Positions 52,271 through 62,400 of a stretch of 64,000 bases of DNA are shown here, piece after piece. The position numbers were made by a program, and so were the translations under genes. The DNA is taken from positions 15,810,001-15,874,000 of the forward strand of contig JBHGNT010000002.1 in NCBI GenBank assembly GCA_043228905.1, in the 5' to 3' direction. The stretch is from Azolla caroliniana (Eukaryota; Plantae; Polypodiophyta). Every line of letters starts with the position of its first letter. Position 1 is the stretch's first letter. Below the pieces are notes generated by a model. That model had not been told where the DNA came from. It did not search any database and was given only the letters and a program-made list of their open reading frames with translations.

Positions 52271-54686
52271 CCTAAACCATTCTCGGTCGGCATGTCTGCT
52301 CAATAGGCCCCTCTTAGCTCCTTCATTGCTATGACTCCAGCGCTTGCCGATCCGTCGATTCCTCCGCGATGGCATCCGTGTATGCTTGGCCTCTAGTTGA
52401 TTCAGTTCATCCGGATCTGTTTGTTGATTCAAATCGGCTGTCTCCGATTTGTTCCAGCTCTTTTCCGAATCGGTCACTCCCGACTCGTTCCAGCTCTTGT
52501 CTGAGTCGGTATCCTCCGACTTGTCTTTCGGTTTAAGGCCCTTCACCACATCAAACCACATCCGAGTCTTGGCCTTGCTTCCATCCTTAGCTTCTTCAGC
52601 TGGTTCACTGAAGTCGAATTCTTCATTCGACTTCGTATCTCGGTCACTACCGCCGTGATGATGATGATTAACTCCGCATAGTATGCACTTTTCTTCCTGC
52701 ATGCACACTTCTTCTTTCCGGTTGGCTCGGTCCTCCTTGACCTTGCCACCACTGCCGCTCATTCCGACTTGTTCAGACGTGCCGACTTTCTTCGTCAACT
52801 CGGCTTCTTTTTCCTCCTTGTCTCCCCCTCTTCCGGTTCTTCCCTTACCGGTGTCGGCAACAGTTTCTTTGCCTTTGCCCATTCCGGCGGTGTCTTTGCC
52901 CCTTCTTCTCCCCCTCAAGTGCGGCACGTCGAGATGTTGAACACCAAGCATGTCGGTAAAGTGTTGCAACTTGTCCGATCCGAGCAGCTTGGTGAAGATG
53001 TCGGCAACTTGCCATTCCGTGTGAACATACCGTAGTTCAACTTCACCGCTCAGGACCCGCTCACGCACAAAGTGATAATGCACTTCTATGTGCTTCGTGC
53101 GAGCATGGAACACAGGGTTCTTGGCGAGTTGCATGATGTTGATGTTATCACAATAAATCGGGATCGAGGTCGGTACCTCGATTCGCAAGTCTCACAGCAA
53201 TCGCCGAAGCCAAATGGCTTCGCAGGTGGCAACGGTCGCGCCCCGGTACTCAGCCTCAGTGCTTGATAGAGCCACTGTTGGCTACTTTTTGCTACTCCAC
53301 ACAACAGCTGCGCTCCCAAGGGAAAACATAAAACCGGAAGTGGATCTATGATACGACGCACCGCCGGCCCAGTCGGCATCCGTGTAACCGACTAGCTCTT
53401 CGGTTATACCTGGCCGGTATAACAGTCCCCGGTCCTTCGTGCCGCGTACATATTGCAGTATCCGTTGTGCGCACTGAAGGTGCTCCACAGTCGGCTTCTA
53501 CATGAACTGACTTATCATTCTGACCGGATAGCTGATGTCAGGTTGTGTGATAGTCAAGTAAATAAGGCTTTCGACAATATGTCGAAACTGTTTCTCGTTG
53601 CAGGCCGGTCCGGAGTAGGGACGAAGCTTCTGGTTCCGGTCCAAGGGTGTGGAGACAAGTCAGCATTCTGGCATGCCGAACTTGTACAGCATATTCAAGA
53701 CGTAATGTCGTTGTGAGAGCAATATGCCGTCGGGGATTTGGATCACCTCGATCCCAAGAAAATAATGAAGGTCCACCAGGTCCTTCATCTCAAATGTGTC
53801 CGACAACTGGAAGTTGACGCGGTTGACTTCTGGAAGACCCGGTCCGGTGATGACTAAATCATCAACATACAACAAGATACATACTGGATCGGCTAAGCCT
53901 TGCCGGATGAACAACGAAGAGTCGGACTTGGAGGCCGCAAACCCCATCTTACACAACGAGTGCGTGATCTTCACATTCCAAGCTCGAGGGGCTTGCTTGA
54001 GGCCGTACAACGACTTCTTCAGCCGGCATACCGCTGACTTGTTCATCTCCGATTGAAAACCGGGGGGCTGAGTCATAAAGACTTCTTCTTCAAGATCACC
54101 CTGAAGAAACACATTCTTCACATCCATCTGGTGAAGATACCGCCCCCTTGCTGCAACAACCGCTAGCACCACACAAACCGTCGTCATCTTCGCTACCGGA
54201 GTGAAGGTCTCGTCGTAGTCGATTCCATGGGTCTACGCGTATCCCTTCGCCACTAACAGGGCCTTGTACCGGTTAACTGAACCGTCGGCGTTGTACTTTA
54301 CCTTTCACCCCCCCTTGCATCTGATCGGTTTACAGTGACGGGGAGGGTCAACTAGGTCCCATGTCTCATTGACATCAAGTGCCCGCATTTCTTCCTCCAT
54401 AGCGGCACGCCAATTTGCATCCTTTGCCATTTCTGCGTAGCTCTCCGGCTCACGCACTTCCGCCACCTTGGTCATGTACGCATAGTGATGCGCCATGTAC
54501 CCGTACCGCTTGACGGGTGCACCGGCGTAACTCACCGTTACCCGGTTTGAGGCCCTTCTTGGCCGGTTCGGTCTTTGTTGCCGAAGATCCTCCTTTCTCC
54601 TTGCCGGAGTCGGATGCACACCGATCCGACTCATCGTTGCCGGTTTCGAATTCCGGCATCTTTTTCTTCCCTTTCTCTTTGCACGT
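52271..54686 (-). mobile_element. Ty1/copia RT-RNase H fragment, related to element C, without LTRs
   Basis: AHHYAYMTKVAEVREPESY, LYVDD, KNPVFHARTKHIEVHYHF; truncated at both ends. Confidence 0.9.
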
Positions 54687-55872
54687 TGTCGTGTGGTTTT
54701 TCACACACGATATGAAAACTAGTAAAATAATTATTTATGATTAGGTTAATATATGGATATGGAAAGATAGATACGTTAAAGAGCTTCATAGCGTATTTTA
54801 CTACGCATAAAACGGATAAACAAGTATCAAGTTACGTGAGTGTGAAGTTTGAAGAAAAGAAAAGAAAAGACAAAATTGTGAGAGATCCCACATAGATAGG
54901 ACAACATTGGAACCCAGAATATATAAGGGAAACCAAAACATATTCATTCTATCAATGTGTGGAGCATAGGATGTTAAAGGTGACTTGGGCTACACTATAT
55001 GGTGTGCACACTTCGGGCGTACGCGCGTCTACATGGCCGCGTGGACGTTTTCGGAAGTACGCGCGCATGGACGTCTTCGGATGTACGCGCGTGTGCAAGT
55101 TTCGGGAGTATGTGCGCATGCGTGGATGTTTCGGACGGACGCGTATGTGCGGATGAGCGTGCGGACACGTGTGTGTGCACGCGCGCATGCGTGGACATTT
55201 CGGACGGACGCGTATGTGCGGCCCGGACGTGTGTGTGCGCACGCGCGCATGCGTGGATGCGTACACTACGGCGCGGACGAGACTTTTGTGCGCGGATGCG
55301 TATACGGTGCGGGTTGATATCAAACTCTTAGCTTTGTTTACTTGAGCTTTCTTGTAAAAAATTATCTCTCGTATTCATATCAGACCACTCCTTGCATGGT
55401 TGTTGGCTCCTTTCTTTGAAAAACTAATCTCTCATTTCCATACCCAACCCATTGTAACACGATTCTGAAATTATAAAGAATCGATTTTCTTTGCAATAAA
55501 CAAATGATTTGTCTCTCCCACTTGTCTTATGCTTAAAACTTGCTTGTGTTGTACGTGTTGCACTAAATCCTTGTAGTCCAGAACCCCGGCGGTTCCGCCT
55601 CACGATCCGCACATAGTGACGGATTTTCACAACATAATTAAGTGGTGAACTCGACGTGAAGAGCGGTAAGGGAGGATGAAGATGGATGAGGAATATCTAA
55701 TGAAGGCAATGTCAAAGATGATGATAGAGTTTTCAAGAGAAGGGAAAAGACGAGATGCGGCCCAACAAGCTGTCGAAAGCATGATCAGGCGAGTCGGGTT
55801 TTTCGATGGAGGCAAAGTCCAAATATTTCTAAAGGCCTACAATGCCGAAATGGATTCAAGAAGAGTGGAGGA
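54687..55872 (+). mobile_element. Gypsy element I 5' part: LTR, tRNA-Trp-like PBS, gag start
   Basis: LTR 54687-55634 (TGTCGTG...CACAACA) with CG-rich low-complexity repeats at 55020-55310; PBS TGGTGAACTCGACGTGAA at 55643-55660; gag MKMDEEYL from 55676, truncated at ~55872. Confidence 0.8.
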
Positions 55873-55885
55873 ATGGTCCAAAAAA

Positions 55886-58800
55886 TTGTCGCGAAGATGT
55901 GCGTGCGAGCGTGCTTTGCTTGAGCAAGACCACCGGGGTCTTGGACCAAGGAGGATGTCTGTCAAGGTATTGAGAAGAGGACGATGTGAATGTAAGATTT
56001 GAGGAAGACCTATTACACTTGAGAAGTAGATAAATCATTACAAGATAGATGTGAAGAAGAAGAAATAAAAGCTTATATTATTGATGGTGATGATGATCAT
56101 GATATCATATTGAGCCCCCCCCCTTTACACAAGCCGTACTAGGGGTTTTATAGGTTTGTCCATGCACAAAACCATGGGCTTGGAGCCATGGTTTATGTGC
56201 ACACAGTTTTGCTTTGTGACATGTAGGAAACCATGGGCTTAAAACCGTGGTTTTGTGTACACGGTTTTGTTCGTTTCCTTCCTACGGAATACCGAATATG
56301 AGAAAGAAATATAGAACTAAAGCACTTAGTAGTAGCTTTAGTGGTAAGGTAATTGCCTCTTATCTTAGAGGTACAAGGTTCAAATCCTACTTGCAACCCT
56401 CTACATGCACTCAATGCCATTGTGACCTAGGTTTATTTATTTTCATTTTTACAAGTATTCGTGAAATGTGTGTGGATCCTCAATTTTTGACTTTTTCTCG
56501 TACTAGACATGCCACATCACGACATCCACCCCCACCAAACTGCACATCCTCCGGTATGTGCCAAGAAGAAAAGAGTGATGTGGAAGGGTCAAAGGTGGTT
56601 GGTGTTTGATTTCCTCCTTTCTTGCGCCTTGTCCACACCGTCTTTTTGTCATCTACTTTGAACTGTCGTTGCCATCTGATCCACCATATCATTCACTCAC
56701 CTTTTTTATTGCCATGTCTAGTTGTCATGGCTCCCTTTGCTCCTCCCGAGCATAATGCTTCATGCCTCGTGCATGTGCCACCTTCATCTCGGCCAGCTCC
56801 TTGGTCACCTAACTTTCCTTTATCATCATTTCTAGTCTCATGCTTGCCTTTCCTTATGCTCACTAGCCTCGACCGGGTGTCGCGGCTCGTCTGCTTCGAC
56901 CTCCGTCTACGCCGGTCCAACTTTTGTCTGTCTCGACCAATCAGCTTCTGGATTGGTCGGCCTTCGTCCGTATTCGCATACGGACGAATCGGACTCAGAC
57001 GATCGACTTTCGTCCGTGTCAATTTCCATCTGGTTTTCGGTTGGGTCGGGCCCGGTTGATCAACTCTCGTTCGGATCGGCTTCCATTCGGTTCGGAATAC
57101 CAACCGCGTCATCTTCCATCCGGATCGTATTCCGGTTCTTCAATTCTTGCCGCTATCTGGCGCTTCATCAAACTCTATTGTAGCTTTGTTTTTGGCATCC
57201 TTGTTGGCCACCGTTCCTCCGTATGTGCTGGCGTCGACCCTCATCTCCTCGTCGCCACCTTCCATCTCTCTGGTCTTATGTTCGCTCTTGGGCACAACTG
57301 CCGAAGTCTCCAGAATCGGTGTGGAGGGATTCCTTCGTCTGTGGCCATCGTCCTCATCGTCGTTTCGGTCCTTCGATTTCCAGCCGCCACCTTCCGTCTC
57401 TTCGGTTTCATGTTGACACTCGGGCACAACTGCCGAAGTCTCAGAAACAATTGTGGGGAGAACCTCGACACCATCGGTCACCGTCTTCTCATTCGTAGCC
57501 ATCTTTTGCTCAATGTTGTTATTCACATTGTCTTCAATATTTTCTTCCCCACCACTTTCCGTCTCTTGGGTCTCATGTTGGCTCTCGGACACAATTGCCC
57601 AAGTCTATAGATCAAGTGTTGGGAAAGTCTCGACATGATCATTCGCCGTGGACTCTTCCTTAGCCATCTGCGACTCGATGTCATTCCTCGTGGCTACCGC
57701 CTCAATCACATTGACCTCGCACTCTTTACATCCCCTGATCACGCAAGCTTCCCTCATGCTTGCACCTTCATTACTCGATATTTTGGACACAACATGTGTT
57801 CCGAAATGCTCGTCCACTCTTAAAGCAACATTTCCCGCTCTTGAGTCTTCGGCCTTTCTCTTGACCGTCGTTCCTACATAAGTCGAGAAGGTGGCTTGTT
57901 TCAGACCTTCTCCCATGGTACTGTCATACCGAACTTGGGCCTTCGTATTGGCCGCATCATTAGTCTGCATTTGTCGGGAGGTCTCCTCTTCGTCGATCAC
58001 CATTTTCCTCGGTTTTCTTTTTAGCTTCTCTTCAACCTTGACTTGTGCCTTTAAGTTCATGAATGCCTCTCTCATCAAGGCTTCTATGTTGAGTTCTGTC
58101 GAAGCTTCCCTCTTCGAGGTTTCTTCCTTCGGTGGGTTTTTATTGCCACATCCCATTCTCCTTTGAGCATCCCTTGTGGGTCATGTTGTTGTCGATGAGA
58201 ATCTCATTTCCCTCTTATCGTGTTGTCGGCATACCCTTTCCACTTTGGCCCAATCCTCAGTGAGGCCATTTTCACCATTGTCATCCTCGATTTGGATTCC
58301 AATGGCATTCCTTTCATTCCGATCGATTGACTTTACAAACAACAGAACTTTATTCATCCCCACCAATCTTCGATCCCTGTCCGAGAGTTGAGCAAAGCGA
58401 TACTCAAACTGAATGAATGCATGCATAGCACTCTGGTGCGTCTTTCTCGATGACACCCATTCGTGAAACTCATACAGACCTTGTCCCTTTTGCTCTTCGT
58501 AACCATATGACTCTCGTAAAGCTTCTTTGAAGGACACCCACGAATCATGAGTTTTTTGAATCTCTTTAATCTCTTCGAAGATCGGTTCAGCCACCACTCG
58601 ACAAAAGTACTCCAGCCTCATTGCTTCCTCCACTCTTCTTGAATCCATTTCGGCATTGTAGGCCTTTAGAAATATTTGGACTTTGCCTCCATCGAAAAAC
58701 CCGACTCGCCTGATCATGCTTTCGACGGCTTGATGGGCCGCATCTCGTCTTTTCCCTTCTCCTGAAAACTCCATCATCATCTTTGACATTTCCTTCATTA

Positions 58801-59279
58801 GATATTCCTCATCCATCTTCATCCTCCCCTACCGCTCTTCTTGTCAGGTTCACCAAAAAAATGTCGCGAAGATGCGCGTGCGAGCGTGCTTTGCTTGAGC
58901 AGGACCACCGGGGTCTTGGACCAAGGAGGATGTCTGTCAAGGTATTGAGAAGAGGACGATGTGAATGTAAGATTTGAGGAAGACCTATTACACTTGAGAA
59001 GATTGAAGATTGTACACTTGAGAAGTAGATAAATCATTACAAGATAGATGCGAAGAAGAAGAAATAGAAGCTTATATTATTGATGGTGATGATGATCATG
59101 ACCTTTACACAAGCCGTACTAGGGGTTTTATAGGTTTGTCCATGCACAAAACCATGGGCTTGGAGCCATGGTTTCTGTGCACACAGTTTTGCTTTGTGAC
59201 ATGCAGGAAACCATGGGCTTTAAACCGTGGTTTTGTGTACACGGTTTTGTTCGTTTCTTTCCTATGGAATACTTGCAAC
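55886..59279 (-). mobile_element. Non-autonomous gypsy-type element J (gag-like ORF only)
   Basis: LTR copies 55886-56524 and 58862-59279 (the latter cut by element K); PBS TGGTGAACCTGAC at ~58843-58855; PPT GGTGGGGGTGGA at 56525; ORFs 58822-58181, 58156-57605, 57592-57140 and 57112-56693 are all in one frame. Confidence 0.8.
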
Positions 59280-59363
59280 TGTTGGAAGCGACGTCGTCAA
59301 TGCGGAAGATCTTGAAGCATTCAGTTCTGTTCTTCTCCTGCGTATGACAGAATGTAGGTCGTT

Positions 59364-59407
<44 letters not shown>

Positions 59408-62400
59408 AAAAGAGTTTCTTATTTCATAAAGCAACAATACAACAACCAACCTTACAAAAAGGTTACAAGGTCAATATATATAGTGACCGACTTAGGGCAA
59501 CTACCCTTTATGCTAATTACATAAATGGCCCAAAGGGATAGTGTGAATACGTCCATTATACACATGTATTCGACACTCCCCCGTAATGGGCGTATACATG
59601 GGTTATCTAAGATTACAGGTATAGACTTAGGTTCTCGGACATATCAGCTTTGTTCGAGTCGGCAGGGTCCGAAGGCAGAAGACCGAACTGGTCGGGTCGG
59701 AACAGTTGAAGCCGATCATTAAGGAACTGATGTCGGTTGTCGGGAACCATCCTGCTCTGTGTCCGGCTCTAACCGGACTGGTTTGTCGTTACGCCCATCT
59801 GATGCCGAAGAGACCGAAAACGGTCTGCCGAAAGACACTTGGTCATTCCATCTGCGACATTGTCGGTTGTGGATATTTTCTCTAGACCGATTTTCCCTGA
59901 AATGACGCAGTCCCGAACGAAGTGATATCGAACGTCGATATGTTTGGAGGCGTTGTGGTGAACCGGATTTTTCGACAAGGCAACAGCACCTTGACTGTCG
60001 CTGTAGACAACTGGAGCCGAGTCATGTTCGACTTGTCGAAACGTGTGCGCCAGCCGACCGAGCCACAAAGCTTCTTTTGCTGCGTCGGACGCAGCTACAT
60101 ATTCTGCTTCGGTCGTTGAGGTCGTTGTGCACTCCTGAAGTTTCGACTTCCACGAGATTGCTCCATTGCCGAATTTGAAGCAGTATCCGGTTGTTGATTT
60201 CCGACTGTCTATACAGCCGGCGAAGTCCGAGTCGGTGTAACCGACTACGCCTGAGGTTCGGTTCGGACCGAAAAGAATGCCGTGATCTTTTGTGCCAGCC
60301 AGATATCTGAACACATGCTTGACTGCGTTCCAATGCGATCGGCCAGGATTGTGCATAAATCTGCTAACGACTCCTACGGCATGAGAGATGTCAGGCCGTG
60401 TCGCGACCATCAGGTACATAAGGGAGCCGACTGCCGGTGCATACGGTACCGACTTCATATCTTCCCCCTCCGAACCGGATGTCGGGCAGTCTCGCTGAGA
60501 GAGCCGAAGATTCATAGGGAGTGGGGTTGAAGCAGATTTGGCTGATTGCATGTTGAAGCGTTCCAAGACACGTCCGATATAGTCGGTCTGAGACAAAAAA
60601 AGATGTCGTGTATTGCGATGCCGACTAATCTTCATGCCAAGGATGTGTCGTGCCGGACCGAGGTCCTTCATGGCAAACTTCAACCGCAGTTGCCGAACGA
60701 GATCGGCAAGTTCGCCCGCGTGGTGTCCAGAAATTAGCATGTCGTCCACGTAAATGATGAGGAAGATGGGTGATCCATCTTGAGCTGTGTTGGTGAAGAG
60801 ACAATGGTCCTCATCGCTTTTGGAGAAGCCGATCGATTGGATGAAGTCGTCGAACTTCTTGTACCATTGTCGCGGTGCCTGTTTGAGGCCGTAGAGACTC
60901 TTCCTGAGTCGGCAGACTAGATGTTCTTGGCCAGTTGCCACGAAGCCTTTTGGCTGCTCCATATAAATTTCCTCGTCAAGATCACCATGGAGGAAGGCTG
61001 TTTTGACATCTAGCTGAATCAGCTCCAAGTTGTCGGCTGCCACGACGCCGAGCAGAAAACGAAGGGTTGTCATTTTCACCACTGGTGAAAAAATCTCGTC
61101 GAAGTCGACGCCATATTCTTGTCGGAAGCCCTTCGCAACTAATCTGGCCTTGTACTTTGGGGTGGTCGAATCAGACGTCTCTTTTAGTCGATAAACCCAC
61201 TTGCAAGGAAGAGCACGTCGGTTCCTAGGTAATTCGACCAGATCCCAAGTCTTGTTTGCACGAATGGAGTGCATTTCCGACTCCATCGCCAGATGCCAGG
61301 TGGCTGAATCGACGGATGTCGATGCTTCTTCGTAAGACGTCGGTTCGCCGGCATCGGTGAAGAAAATTCCAGGAGAATACCTCTCCGGAGGTTGCGACAG
61401 TCTCTCGGATTGTCGAGGTATGATTGGACTAGTCGCATCGGGTATTGGTGTCGGATGGTCCGAAAACGAGTCATTCGGCTGTGCCGAGTCGGAGTTGTCC
61501 GAGTCGGTAGTGTAAGGTTCAGCTACCCGTGAAGCTGACCGTGTGTTAAGAGCGGGGCCTTCTTGAAGGGTCGGCACATCGGAAAATGTTACCCTTCGGA
61601 CTTCGATCGGTTTGTCGACTGATGGATTCATAGCCGACTCGTTGAACACAACGTCCGAACTTCGAACGATTTGTCTGCGTTCGGGGTCCCAGAGTCGGTA
61701 TCCCATTTCGCCGTCTGATCCATATCCAAGGAAAATGCATTTCCTGGACCGAGGTGCAAGTTTTCGGCGATCATCTTTCGGAATAAGGGCGTACGCCTCG
61801 CATCCGAAGATCCTCAGCTTGTCGTAATTCGGCTTACTGCCGATCCATAGTTCCTGAGGAATTTGAAGTCCTAGAGGTCTACTTGGCGACATATTGATTA
61901 TGTGTACTGCCGTGAGTAGAGCCTCTGCCCAGAAGCCATCCGACAGTCCGGAGTGTTGGAGCATGGAAACTGTCCGTTCTTGGATTGTCCGATTCATGCG
62001 TTCGGCAATCCCGTTTTGCTCCGGACTGTGTGGTGCCGTAAATTCTCGTCGGATGCCGCGTTGTCGGCAGAATTTGACGAATTCTTCAGATTTAAACTCT
62101 CCCCCATTGTCTGTCCGAAGGCATTTCAGCTTTCGGTCGGTTTGATTTTCTACCATAGCGAGCCAATCGGTGAAGATCGAGAAGACCCGATCTTTGGTGC
62201 GAATTGGATAAGCCCACACCTTTCGAGTCGAATCGTCGATAAAAGTGACGAAGTAAGAGGCACCACCGAGAGACTGATGCGGCATTGGGCCACAGACGTC
62301 CGAGTGGACCAAATCGAGAGGTCTCGATTCTCTTGGTGCTGATGTCGGGTGTGATGTGGCTGCTTGTTTGCCATACTGGCAATGCTCGCAGAATTGATGG

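Noticed and set aside
54952-55331. Several overlapping Arg/His/Ala-rich ORFs
   Set aside because: They arise from CG/TG low-complexity repeats inside an LTR.
56330-56400. Functional tRNA gene
   Set aside because: I could not fold a convincing acceptor stem or cloverleaf; kept only as a tRNA-like finding.
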